The notes: a model not told the origin generated them from the sequence alone. 64,000 nt of DNA from Octopus bimaculoides (GCF_001194135.2 NC_068987.1:3819993-3883992); one strand, 5' to 3'; shown: positions 25,417-38,595, counted from the first letter of the stretch. Made by a program: numbers and translations.

Positions 25417-26680
25417 CTGAAATGACAAAAATAAAGTCATAAAGAAGTATGTTGTAATTACTTTTTCAAACGATGACGACAATGAGATGTTGCTGCAACC
25501 ACTGTCAAGTGGCAGCAGCAGCAGCCAGCAGTGGTGGTGGTGGTGGTGGGGAGGGGGCAGTGATGGAGGTAGCAACAGCATCATCATTTAATCTCTACTC
25601 TTCCTTGCTCGCATGAGGCAGATCTTTTTTGCAACCAGATTCCCTTCATGGCACCAAACTTCACCCATTTCCAAGCAAAGTAATATTTTCCCCATAAGGT
25701 AGACATGTTTCTTTCCACAGAAGACTGGAAAGGAACAACATCACTTGTATGACGACAATCCTAATTTACAACCACCATGAGATGTCCAGACACACGAACA
25801 CACACAAACACATATAAATACACACACACATCAACACATGCAATGGGCTTCTTTCAGTTTCCGGCTACCAAATCCTTCACAAGACTTTGGTTAACCAAGG
25901 GCTATAGCAGAAGACACTTGGGACTGAACCCAAAACCATGTGGTTGGGAAGCAAAATTCTCACACACACACATACATACACACTGGTCTTCTTTCAGTTT
26001 CCATCAAGATAAAAGAATATAAACGTGGGTTTGTAAAAGCTCTCAGTCTGCAGAGCGACTGGAATAACAGGTGCAATGAGGTGGGGTTTGTAATTAGCAT
26101 TCTTCAATAAAGAAAATTTCATAACAGAAAAGATTACAGATGGCTGCAGGTAAGGTATGAGTTAATAATTGGGAGAAAAGAAAGGTGTGTAGGTGTGAAG
26201 GGCAGAAATGGAGCAATTTACAGTGAAGCTAAATAAAATATTGAGACATTAGCAGAGCTGGGTGTAGCCCTATATTATCATCATCATCATCATCATTATC
26301 ATTGTCATTTAAAATCCGTTTTCCATGCTGGCATGGGTTTGCTGGTTTGATAGGAGCTAGCAAGGCTGGAGAGCTGCACCAGGCTCCAGTTGTCTGTTTT
26401 GGTCTGGTTTCTATAGCTGGATGCCCTTCCTAATGCCAACCACTTTACAGAGTGTACTGGGTGCTTTTTATGTGGCACCATCACCAGTGCTTTTTACATG
26501 GGACCAGCAGGTGTGCATTTTACATGGGACCAGCAGGTGTGCATTTTACATGTTACCAGCCGGTGTGCTTTTTATGTGGCACCTGCACAGGTGTTTTTTA
26601 AGCAGACGGAAAGTGGAAGATAAAACAATGATGAAATGATGTTACAATTCAATAAAGAAAATGGAAACTAAGAAGCTTAC

Positions 26681-26828
26681 CTTGATTGAGGCCAGGTGTG
26701 AAATCACTCATGTAGCGCAGAGCAAATGATAAGGAAAACCACATAGGTATCTGGATCCATACAAGTAAAGTGGCCTTCAACGGGTGACAGTTGTCTCTGA
26801 TATACAGATCACGAATCAATTTCTTAAG
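26681..26828 (-). CDS. COX18: COX18 coding exon B
   Basis: Bounded by tttcag and gtaagc. 148 nt, LKKLIRDLYIRDNCHPLKATLLVWIQIPMWFSLSFALRYMSDFTPGLNQ (human: LISELYVRDNCHPFKATVLVWIQLPMWIFMSFALRNL). Phases fit the flanking exons. Confidence 0.95.
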
Positions 26829-27791
26829 CTGAAATTAAAAATGCACACTTGTAATGAAGTTCACACATATCAAAGATCAATTTTTTAAAGAAATATAATT
26901 CACCAGAACATTTGGTGTGAAAAATATAATAATAATAATGAAATGATTGTATACAGTGCTCAGGTGCACTACAACTTGTCAAAATTGTGCATAAAGCATA
27001 TGCAGTATTGTACAAATGTCTGGCAAGTGAACAGTGTATGAGTCAGATACATGCTTGCGTGTGTATGGAGGGGAGAAAATCAGGTGTAGTGTTGGCGAAT
27101 CTCAGGAAGCATGGAAGTTTTGAAGGATGCAGTGCTCCGACAACTAACAACTGAAGCCAGCAGTTTGTTCCATACTTCAGCAACTCTTACCTACCCTACA
27201 ATCATCATCATCATCATCATCATTTAATGCCCGCTTTCCATGCTAGTATGGGTTGGATGGTTCGACTGGGATCTGGGAAACCAGTCGGCTGCACCAGACT
27301 CCAATCTGATTTGGCAGAGTTTCTACNNNNNNNNNNTGCACCAGACTCCAATCTGATTTGGCAGAGTTTCTACAGCTGGATACCCTTCCTAATGCCAACC
27401 ACTCTGAGAGTGTAGTGGGTGCTTTTTACCTGCCGCCGGCACAGGACCAGAGGGGGCTGGCATCAGCCACGATCAGATGGTGCTTTTTATGTGCCACCAG
27501 CACGGGGGTCACAACTACTATTTCCATTTGATTTGATTTTGATATTGCTGTTGATGTACTTGACTCAGTAGGTCTCCTCAAGCACAGCATGTCACCCTAC
27601 GATCCAAAGTACTTTTGAGTGGGCTGGTTACGCGACACTGGTGTAGGTTTGTTAAAAATAAATAACAACATGATTGAAATCTTGAAGCTAAGTGATAAAG
27701 CATGATTAATTCAAAACAATGTGAATTAATAAATGTTACGATCGACAGAATAATTTGAGGGTAAAGAAAATGTTTAAAATCTTCAACTTAC

Positions 27792-28340
27792 AGAATGATT
27801 ATACTTAATCCGAGCATGGTTCAATTCCCATCCAAATTCTCGTACAGCTTTAGCAGTTTCAATTTTGAGGCAATGCGACAGTCTACGTATCTCAGGTTGA
27901 AGCAGCTCAACTTTTGCAATAATGTATAATGAATAAACAGCCAAAGGAAAAGTTATAAAGGATCTCAATAGACAGGTACCAACAAGTATACTGGCCCACC
28001 AGGGTGAGCCAGTCAGGGTGTGAATATAAGTGAGAAATTCATATGAATATTTTATTGGTACAAAGTCTGGAGAGAAAAATCTATAATAAGATTCCATAGA
28101 AAATGTCCTCTCATGATTATACAGAGGGAAGAATGAATGTTTTTTGAATAAGATACTTGTGTTTTGGTACAGTTTAAATTTCCTGAGGCCATTGTTTTCA
28201 ACAAAATTTAAAGTTTTGGGTTGGCAAAGAGTAGAATATTTGTAGATATTAGATTTAGCAGAATGTAGAGAATCCCATTTGCGTTTGGTCAGGTTGGATC
28301 CCAAAGAATAAGGATGGAACTTTTGGCAGCAGTAGGATGT
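27792..28340 (-). CDS. COX18: COX18 (Oxa1/YidC-family COX2 insertase), coding exon A
   Basis: Acceptor ctctctcacag at 28341, donor gtaagt at 27791. Encodes ...IHTLTGSPWWASILVGTCLLRSFITFPLAVYSLYIIAKVELLQPEI..., matching the COX18 motif GLPWWGSILLST..LR..TLPLA.Y..YILAKVENLQPEI. Phase 0/0, so the initiator lies in an upstream exon. Confidence 0.93.
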
Positions 28341-28609
28341 CTGTGAGAGAGAAAAATATTAAATGGAACATCAAAGAATATTTGAAAGCAATCAAAGAAA
28401 ACATTGAATCTAAGTATTTTTAAATTATATTTCTTAATTACTTTAAGAACAAAAACTTAAATTAGTATAATCAAGACAATAATCAAAAGCCAGTTCACCC
28501 AAGACCATTATGTCTATTTTTTCTCCAGACATCATCTAATCAATGCAGTCATCATCATCATCGTTTAACGTCCGCTTTCCATGCTAGCATGGGTTGATAT
28601 AATCTAGAT

Positions 28610-28899
28610 ACATGGTGGAAAATCGATTTCCTACCATGTCTTGTAATAATAATGATGAGAAAGTCATAAAAATTAAGAATTTCTTCAAAACAAACTTTAT
28701 TTCAGTATTATATTTATTCATGTCCCAAGGTTAGGCAAATTTCATAGAGTTAGGCAATTTAGGCCTTAACGTTAGGCAAATTGAGATATGAATATATGTA
28801 ATACAGAAATGAAGTTTTTTTAACAGAAATTCTTAATTTTTATGACTTTCTCATCATTATTATTACAAGACATGCTAGAAAATCAATTTTCCACCATGT
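28610..28899. mobile_element. MITE with ~74-bp terminal inverted repeats in the COX18 5' intron
   Basis: 28610-28683 is the near-perfect reverse complement of 28825-28899. The interior has repeated (g)TTAGGCaa(a)tt units. Confidence 0.85.
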
Positions 28900-30382
28900 G
28901 TAATATCTTTTTTAAAAATGTTATGGGTGGGGGTACAAAAGGAAATCTTTCCGAGATTGTGGCAGGGCTGGCCCTTTGAAATAAAAGTTCTGCTCATTTT
29001 TGCCAGCTGAGTGGAGTGGAGCAACGAGAAAGGAAGTGTCTTGCTCAAGGACACATAAAATGTGTGTTGGTCAAGGACACAACGCGCCGCCAGGAATCGA
29101 ACTCACAACCATACGGTCGTGAGTCAAATACCCTAGGTATTAAGCTACACGATGTTCGATTAATTCTGCTAATTTACTACCTTAAGATCGTCTTCCATGA
29201 GAAGAAAATAGAGACGTTTCGAGACAGTCGAATGTTAAGGAAATCTAAGCCGATGCTTTACGGTTTGTCATTTTCAAAACATATAAACATCTTGTGGTTT
29301 AGCTCCGGTCAAGCCTGATAGAACAGATTCGTGATCAAATGGGTTCTAGCCGTGACCATCAAGGTTAGTTTACTACTATGAATTCATTACCCAATTAATT
29401 GATAACCATGAAACTAGCCAGAACAATCTCAATCTTTCAGCCTAAGGAGAAATAAAAACATTCGTTTATTGTTATTTACATTCTGCAACGAGGTTAAAAT
29501 GGTCGATGTACTTTACACTAAAATTTCAGAACACACATAATCCAATGTTTTTCTCTTTTATGAAACAGCAGAATGTGATTTGAGGGCGATTTACCGACAA
29601 CAAAGAAGTTCCTTACTTGACCCAGAAATAAACGACAGTTTCCAGCTGCAAGAGTCATATTTAACTGGTGATGCCGCATACTAATAGTGCAGGCCACCTT
29701 ATAAATAGAACTGGCAGAGGGGAGGCAGCATTTATAAAGTCTGCTAGAAATAGCTGTCAAACCGCTCTAATATCACACTGTGCAGTCTTAAAATAGGAAA
29801 GGGCACATTTGATAATGGTGTAATCCTAAAAAGACTTGATTCGAAGGGGAAAAAAACACGAAATGGTTATCGTTGGAACATTTTTGAAGATAAATTTGCC
29901 CGATTTGGGACTGACTCAGGTGCTAAACAAAAACTCGCTGATTCTTTTTTTAAAGCTTTAAAAATTTTATTTCAGCCTCTCAGTCCAGGTTTTTCTGTGT
30001 GAAAATACAAAATAATAATAATGAAATCAAAATACAATTCCATCAAAGCTTCTTTAAAAGTTAGTCCAGCGCCAATTAAAAACACGTGTCTTTATGCACT
30101 TTGCCCTTACAGAAACTTATAAAATTCTTTTGATTTCAAGAAGTATTTATACAGCATCAGGTAATATCAAACTACAGTTATTATGAAACATTAGCATTTA
30201 AATGAAATACAAATGAATTATGTAACATAACATCTATCGCTGTATAAATTATCTGAACGATTATCTGAGATTGTTCCACTGTCCGACCTCTAACAAGGTT
30301 ATTCTTCTACATTGTGTCTGTCTGAAATAAATTAATAGAAAGTGGAGAAAGGCTTCTTTTCTTTTTTTCAATAATTACATAC

Positions 30383-30390
30383 CTTCCCAT
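30383..30390 (-). other. Candidate first coding mini-exon of COX18 (ATG GGA AG|gtatgt)
   Basis: ATG plus strong donor in non-repetitive, CpG-containing sequence. Its phase 2 does not join the phase-0 exon at 28340 unless another exon is used (possibly 30288-30321, with a weak gtcgga donor). Confidence 0.35.
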
Positions 30391-30606
30391 AATGTCGTAT
30401 CAAATTAAAGCGAGTGAACGATTGATAACAAGTTCGATTGCTAATAATCACTCGCAGAGACGAAATCATAGCAAAACGGTCTTCATCAGAAACTAGTTCC
30501 TTATAAAATAATAACTAAACAGCGAACTGAAATGGAAAATTGTAAAGTTAAAGTGAAATATATCTTTCTGAAAGTAAAATTTTACTTAATAAAAACGTGA
30601 ATCTAA

Positions 30607-30950
30607 CACACACGCACACACACACACGCACATACACGCACGCACGCGCGCACACCACACACAGATACATACATATATACATACATACATAGATGCATAC
30701 ATACAGACAGATAGACAGACATGCATTCATGCACAGACCACTATATATGCATGTGCACATTGTTACATGCATACATTATGCATGAATTCATACATATATA
30801 CATGCATACATACATGCATGCATATATACATACGTACTTACAGACAGACATACATATGTATGCAAACATAATACATACATACATACATACATACATGCAT
30901 GCATGCATACATACATACATACATACATACATACATACATACATACATAC
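30607..30950. repeat. (CA)n/(CATA)n compound microsatellite
   Basis: Direct inspection. Confidence 0.95.
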
Positions 30951-31239
30951 CAATCTTGAGAAATTAAGCTTCTCAAAACCAGAAAGGAGAAAGCTAATTG
31001 GAAGATTACAGATCCAATCCATCACTGGAACTGTAAAAATCTGTAAAACTTCCCAGAAGTTTATCATTTAAATATATACCAGCATGTCTAGATATGTGAC
31101 TATATGCATGAGAATACATACATGAAACATACAAATCTGCACGCACATAGAATATAAAGTGAGAGAGAGAGGTGGAGATGTATAAACAGAGGTGGTGGGG
31201 GGAGAAATTAAAGGAGGACAGAAATAAGAAAGGTATAGA

Positions 31240-31915
31240 AGGCTGTATCTTAGAATGTATTTCTGCTCGTGTAAACAATGAGTAAGTGGCTCCAACTTGG
31301 CATTTAGATACATTAGGGGTGTGAAGTAGTATTGACGAATCAGAACTTCTCTGTTAAGCATCACTTGCATAAATCCTACTGCTGTTAGAGAAAGACTTGA
31401 TTTCTTCAACTGCTTCCATTTGATATCATAGCCTTCATCTTCAACTGCTATAGTGAAGCTCTGCTTCTCGAAGTTCCTGAAAGATGGAGTGGGGGTCATG
31501 TGTGTGTTTCTTGAAGGAGCCCTCTATCATTCTGATATAGCACTTTATGTTGGCTGCGCCGTTCAGCCATTCAGACATGACCAGCTTCTTTCTACATACA
31601 AATGTCCTGTCTCTTTTGACCATTTCGAAATGACATTTCGTGTGACAAGAGAAGTAACTCTTCGATTTGCGATCATAAGTTACGAACCCTGAACCATCAA
31701 CTCTAAAAATATATTTTTCCTTCATATCAAAATGAAAATTCGGGCTGAAAGGTTTTGCACTAAAAATTCTGTTTTTATTATATTTATTTATTTTATTTTG
31801 CAGATTGTGACTCAGATCCATAAAGTGTTCATCTGATGAGCCTAAAGTTTTAATTTCACATGAAACTCCGGTTTGTTGGTACGATTCTCATTACACTATC
31901 TGTGGTATGATACAC
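31240..31915 (-). mobile_element. Penelope-like element fragment (GIY-YIG endonuclease) with probable terminal repeat remnant
   Basis: Frameshifted KCYIRMIEGSFKK..H..SFRNFEKQSFT....YDIKWKQLKK....LN.KLE..THCLHEQKYIL, typical of the PLE GIY-YIG C-terminus. CTGATGAG...GAAAC remnant on plus at 31833-31866. Confidence 0.7.
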
Positions 31916-32925
31916 AGCGGCGCGCGTGCGTGTGTGTTCTTTATATTTTTTTACTATTTGAAGTCTTCCTGTAACGAAGGAGCTAATTTCTAGCAAAAAT
32001 ACAAAGCTCCGCCATTGGAATGTAGATAACAAAAAAAAAAAAGTCGCATTTTGAACTTGAGAAAGTCTTGCATATTTTTACTGTCCCGCTTATAGATTGT
32101 ACTTGTAATGTGCGAATCTGTTGGTTGATATCTTTTTCTGAAAACCCTAGCGTTTCCATATTGTCACATCGGCATTGAGTTACATAACCAAATGCACCAA
32201 TTATTATTTGGTATAAATGTGAATTTACAATCTAGGTTTAGAAACTGAAGGCTTCGAAATAGATATCCATACTTATCCGCTTTTTCTTCGATTTTTAAGA
32301 GATAATCACATTAGCAAAGGCAGCTGACTTCTATGACGGTACCAACAAACGATATCCGGCCAGTTATGGTTGTGCAATGAAGAAGTTTTGATGGGAATGT
32401 TTCACCAATATTCCTTATGTTTATGTTTATGTATGTATTGAGTAACAGGAGATTTCTTTTTATTTATCCCAAGACAGACCTACTTTCGGATGGCATTGAA
32501 TATTGGTTTCGCGAACAATGCCATGACGCATAAGAACGTAGTAACTTTGTTTATTACTTATTCCTGTTCTTAGAATACAAACGTGTATGTATGTATGCTT
32601 ATGTGTGTTTAAATAGGTGTGCCATCAAAATTCCAGTTTGAACAGCAGTTGAAGCTGTGGTTATGTGATTGCCTTGTTGAAAACGGCTAAAGGTGGCTTC
32701 CCTTTGAGTCAGCAGATGTAGGTTAAAGTAGTGAGGAAAGGCAAACAATCAGGCAATGCAGGAGAAGGACATTTGATTTCATTTAATTCAGTCCAAGTTG
32801 GCTACATAACGAATGATAAAAAAAAGTTTCTGACAGCTGTTTGGGGGGATATCCTGGGTATTGGAGGATGGTATCGAGCGAAGACTTTGTAAGTTGGGTA
32901 TACTGTCATCAGAGAGATGTATGAA

Positions 32926-33040
32926 CACTAGCGTAGCTGGGTGGGGCAGTAGGGTGGCCCGCCCCGGGCGGCACTTTTGAGTCTGCTGTAGGCAATACGT
33001 GTTTCTGTCTCGAGCGGCACATACTCTAGCTACGCTCGTG
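32926..33040. mobile_element. Second, shorter copy of the same hAT MITE
   Basis: CACTAGCGTAGCT...AGCTACGCTCGTG, with shared internal ctgtaggcaata and gcggcaca.actct segments. TSD not preserved. Confidence 0.85.
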
Positions 33041-33083
33041 GGACTTTCTGAATGGCACACCTTACGAAAAATACCTTCGTTTT

Positions 33084-33114
<31 letters not shown>

Positions 33115-33149
33115 GATGAGCTGTGTTTCATGTTGTTCATTTCTCGTAA

Positions 33150-33281
33150 AAAAGAAAGTCGCGCTTGAATCTAGAGGGACCCTTTCAAAAATCTCCATGA
33201 GAAAAAAAAAAACATCGCTTATAAACTTAGAATTCTCTCCCTTGGAGCAGTTAATTTTGTCACCGGTGCAACAACGTTCAG
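33150..33281 (+). other. Candidate non-coding first exon of TMEM186
   Basis: Strong donor CAG|gtatgt after 33281 in unique sequence. The next strong acceptor leading into the CDS is at 38519. The 5' boundary is approximate. Confidence 0.4.
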
Positions 33282-35004
33282 GTATGTAAGTTCTAACCTT
33301 AAAATTATAATTGTAAATTTTCTATTATAAACTACGAAACTATAACTGTAGGTTATTAGATAATTAATTAAAGGACTCTCTTTTTAAAGAAAGAGAGACA
33401 CTTTGTCATTAGTAACTATTTATCATTAGTAACAGGGACATCTTCAATTTTGCGGAAACTTTGGTTCCAATGCCTTTTATGGTTGTTTTCCGAACTAGAT
33501 GTGGTCACTTCTAATTTTAAACAAATATTAAATTTACTTAAATAATTAAATGAAATACAGGTACATTTACGTTTGTATAAATGATACAAGTTTATTAATA
33601 CTGTCCTTTGCAAAGCGCTGTGAAACAGAGTTGTCCAGTAAAGTAGTCTGGCGGTTACGGGAATCTGATGTTATTGCTCGTAAATCAGTGCTGATTATAA
33701 GAGGTTCCGGACCATCGGTGTCCCGAAAGTTGATGTTATACTTGTATAAAGTAAACTAAAATTACATCGACACACGCACCTACAACTTTAGACATTTATG
33801 GGTATGCTACCGACACGTCATAGAGTTATGTCCCTTCTTTAATTAGGTGACCTTTACGGTCACCTAATATTGTTTAGTATCAGCACAGTCCTGATCTAGA
33901 AAGATTTATGACCAAAACACAGTATAACCAAAACTGTCTTAGCAGCATTATAAGCCCGTAGACAAATCAATGCACCGGGCCCTTATGGTATTTATTTATT
34001 AACAGCAAGCCACATCATACGTAGATCAGATTTGTGCATCTAGACATGTGAGGCCCCCAGGCAACTGTCCAGCGTATCCGTGCCTTAAGACGGCACTGAC
34101 TATAGCTGCAACATACCGTCTTTATGTTTTTCTTTTTACCGATATAGCTTGTCTATAATCACATTTTCCAATATGTTGTTTCGTTTTTTTAACACGGCTT
34201 CTTCCCTCCATCTACTATTCTTTGGAACTCACTAACATTATCTTCTTTTCCGCTGGTCTGCTATATTCTGTCCTTTAAGCCTTCTCTCAATCAACATCTT
34301 TTGAATTTGTGTTTCCTTCTTATAGTTCCTTACGCTACAATGGCTTCAAACTTTGTTTGGGACAAAATCGTATTAAAAAATTAATTGGTAGGGCGTGATT
34401 TAAGGGGGTTTTAGCTTCTGCTTCTAGCTGATGGAACGCTGACTTTGGCTTGTAAATTTGTAAATGCTAGGAGTTTATCACTTTATATTTTTTAAAATAT
34501 ATTTACAGGCACAGCTGTGTGGTAAGACGTTCGCTTCCAAACCACATGGTTTCGGGTTCAGTCATACTGCGTGGCACCTTGAGCATATGTCTTCTGCTAC
34601 ATCCTCAGGCGAACCAAAACCTTGTGAGTGGATTTAATTGAGGGAAATTGAAATTCTGCTGTATGTGTGTGTGTGTATATATATATATATCTGACACCAA
34701 CCCCACATAGGTGCCTACATACCTCCCATATTCAACTGCCCCACCTTCACCTACACACCTGATAACCATCTAATTCAGTACCCTCACCACATACACACAC
34801 ACACACCACTATACAAACACCCATACACACTGTCCAACTCATTACTCACTTCATACACCATTACGCACACACACACAACACCTTCCCCCCTCCACACACA
34901 CTAGCACCAACCACTTCTCAGCACCCACACCACACACCATTATCCACACACCCACACGCAATCTTCAATAGCATCACCACACATGCCACTATACAAGCAG
35001 CCAC

Positions 35005-35070
35005 AGTGAGAAACAGACAGACAGACAAAGTGAGAAACAGACAGACAGACAAAGTGAGAAACAGACAGAC
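35005..35070 (+). repeat. 24-bp tandem repeat (agtgagaaacagacagacagacaa) x~3 after a CA-rich low-complexity tract
   Basis: Direct inspection. Confidence 0.9.
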
Positions 35071-35599
35071 GTGCTCTTCAGGCAAGGACCCTGAGTGAAA
35101 AGATAGAACTGATCGTGATTTCTGTATTTATGTTTTTTCCAACGAAATTAGGTCAGGCCAGACAAAGGATTTTCTGTCTCTTATCTGCTTGAACCTCGTT
35201 TAACCTAAGAATGTTAGCTTAAACAATGGAACTTAAATAAGTGTGGAAGTTGACTCTCATAAATTTTGAAGTGCAAAAACCAAGAACAATAAGAAAGAAA
35301 CTTGCAGAAAAATGGAGATCCAGTTTCAAGTTCTGGTTTAAAATCTAGGAAGTTATTCGTTGCATTTGCATATATGTATGTATGTAATGAGGAGGAATTA
35401 ATTTGAAATTACAAATATTTCATGAACCTGTTAACTTCCTACTGACATTCTAGAATACACTTGTAAAACTGTAAACAATCATTATGTGGCCATCTAATCA
35501 TGATAATGTCTTTAGCCAGGTTTCTGTTGGGTCATATTTAAACGAACACCTACTGAATAAAGTGACTACTTTTCTGTTTAGAAACAATTCATTTTCAAG

Positions 35600-35935
35600 G
35601 CTTCCCAACCACATGGTTCCAGGTTCAGTCCTACTACATGACACCTTCAGCAAATGTCTTCTACTATAGCCTCGGACTGACCAAAGCCTTGTGAGTGAAT
35701 TTGGTAGACAGAAACTGAAAGAAGCCCATCATATATATATAATGGGCTTCATATATATATATATATATATGTATGTATATATAATAGGCTTCCACACAGT
35801 TTTCATCCACCAAATTCACTCACAAGGCATTGGTCAGTTCCGGGACTGTAGCAGAAGACACTTGTTCGAGGTGCCATGCAGTGGTACTGAACCTGAAACC
35901 ACATGCTCACAAAGCAAGTTTCTTAACCACAGAGC
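35600..35935. repeat. Tail-to-tail inverted pair of tRNA-derived SINEs (family with ...ccacatggttccgggttcagtcccactg...gaaactgaaagaagccc)
   Basis: Plus copy 35600-35730 and minus copy 35786-35935, separated by about 55 bp of (TA)n-rich sequence. Confidence 0.85.
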
Positions 35936-36408
35936 TATTCTTGTGCTTCTGTAAACTTTAGTTCTCTGAAATTTCAGAAATTTCCTGTTATTTTGATGTT
36001 TTAGCAAGTGAGACATTTTAAACCCTAGAAAACAAGGGTAAAACTACACCAATGTAAATGGCACCAAACCCCTTTTAAAATACATCTTGAAATAACCGAC
36101 AGGTAATTAATTTTCTTGTCTTCATGCCACTCGTTCTGCAAATGTAATTTAACTTCATTTAGGATCTATCTTTATTCAAATTTTGGTTTTAACTTTCACT
36201 GAAATTGCTTAGCAACTGGTATGACCTTTGTCATTGCTCATTCTGAAAGTTCTTTCCATGTCATGAGAAAAACCAAATTACTAAACAAACAACACATACA
36301 TTCGAATAGGTGTGGGTGGTGGGGGAGGTATTGCACGACAAGCTTTCAATTTCAGTTGCAATAATAGAAAAAACTATATGTATGTGTGTGTGTATCTGTC
36401 TGTGTGTA

Positions 36409-36454
<46 letters not shown>

Positions 36455-36567
36455 AATATATATGTGTATGTATATGTATATATAAATGGGTGGAGGCTTC
36501 AATAACTTCATTTCTTAGCAACGCACACCAAGCAACAGAGCAACCTATATATATATGTACATACGTA

Positions 36568-36599
<32 letters not shown>

Positions 36600-38595
36600 C
36601 TGACAGAGATACCCATTATTATGGTTGCATAACAAAATACAGTGTCCCGACAAGTAATTGAGTGCCAGAGTTAGAGAGAAACAGAAAATGTTTTTAGCAT
36701 TTGTTTTTATTGGATGGAAGGATTTTCATATCTTGTGAGTCAAAACTTGCTGTGACAATGACAAATGCCTTTCACATAACCAAACAGACTTTTACATTGT
36801 GTAATGTAGTTTCATTGCATAGAAATGTCAGTACAATCTGTCATTTCATGTATACTATTTCATGTTCTTTGTTATCTATTGTGATTTAATACCGAAATAT
36901 TGGGGGGCCCAAATCCTTTGTAATCTGATTTTTTTAATGTTTTTTTTTTTGTATTTCTTTGTGTTACAAACACCCTTACAGGCACACGAGGAGTGCTTCG
37001 TTTTTGTTTGTTTGTTTCCTTTCTCCGTTTTCTATGAGCTGTGAGTGTTGTACAAGTTTTTATCTTCTGTGTGTGAATAGGTGGAAGCATGGCCACGTGA
37101 TTAAGAGGTTTACTTTGTAGCCACATGGTTTCAGATTCAGTCCCACGGTGCGACACCTTGGGCAAATGTATTCTACAATATAAGCACAGGCATGGCTCTG
37201 TGGTAAGAAGCTTGCTTTCTGACCACATGGTTCTGGGTTCAGTCCCACTGCCTGGCACCTTGGGCATGTGCTTTCTACTATAGCCTTTGGCCAACCAGTG
37301 GATTTGTTAGACAGAAACTGAAAGAAGCCTGTTGTATATATCTATCATCATCATCATCATCGTTTAACATTCGCTTTCCATGCTGACTGACAGGACACAA
37401 CATTTGTCATTTCATTCGACTATTACTTACTGTTGCCTTGCCTTCCATTCCTGTAACATAGTGTCGGAATTTCAGCACTAACAGGACACAACATTTGTAA
37501 TTTCATTTGACTATTACTTACTGATATTCCTAATCAAACAAATGTCTACTAAAAAAAAGACCATAAAAATAAAAAACAAACACCAAACAAAAGCACGACA
37601 TGCAATGCTTTTTCTATATGAACAATGATGTTCCACTTGACTTGTAGCCTCTTCAGTGCCATTGCGGTCAACGGGGGATTCTGTAAAGCTATTCTTCTGT
37701 GTGATATACCCATTTTTTCTGTTGACCATGCTTGAATGGTGCTTTTTACGTGCCACCGGCATGGGAGCCAATCAGGCTCTTTCAGTTTCTATCTATGAAA
37801 TTTACTCATAAAGCTTTGGTCTGTCCCAGGGCTGTAGTAGAAGAGACTTGCCCAAGGTGCCATGCAGTAGAACTGAAACTGAAACCATCTGGTTGGGGCC
37901 TGTATCTATGTATAAAAAAAAAAAACAGTAATAAGTTGAGGTGGGCATGGCTGGAACCCCTTTGATCATATGTCTACTCAATCAGAGCTAACTTCAGGCT
38001 GAACAACAATGTCCCTTGCAACTATTAGCTGAGTCATGAGTCAACTGACTCAGTTTCGTTGAAATAGGTATTTTGGTAGAGTCAACTAAAGTTTGGTCAT
38101 GAAGTCCTTCCTTTAATATCTTCTGTCTGGGGTCAGGTCAAATATTGTAACTTTACACTCTGGGAACCTCTTAGGGATGGCTTCATACTGTACTATATTA
38201 CAATGAAATAGTAGCACTCAATAATTCTTTTAATAATATGTATGTTGTTTGTGTATGTGTGAGTGAGTGTGTTTGTGTATATATATATATGTGTGTGTGT
38301 GTGTGTATATACACATACATGCACAACACACACACATGAATACATATGTGTGTGTGTGTGTGCCCGCCCATGCCTCATCCTGTTGCCAATCCCTGTATCA
38401 AGAGTAACAATATTAGAATTATGTAAATTCAGTCTAAGCTATTGTCTTTCTGTTTGCTTTCTTACCTCCTTTCATTATTTGTTTGTTTGTTTCTTTCTTT
38501 TACTTTTTTCTCTTTTCAGATGAATTGTTCGTTTAATTACCGTTAAAGCTGATCTCGTTAACTCAAAAAACTGTGTCGAAACAAAACTTGAGAAA

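Noticed and set aside
26490-26590. ~25-bp direct repeats resembling a CRISPR-like array
   Set aside because: No unique spacers; these are the variable tandem units of SINE family 5 in a eukaryotic genome.
30548-31071. HTYI/CMYV-repeat ORFs
   Set aside because: Translations of the (CATA)n/(CA)n microsatellite.
31825-31890. CTGATGAG...GAAAC as an active hammerhead
   Set aside because: No convincing stem II or stem I can be paired by eye. Kept only as a decayed Penelope terminal remnant.
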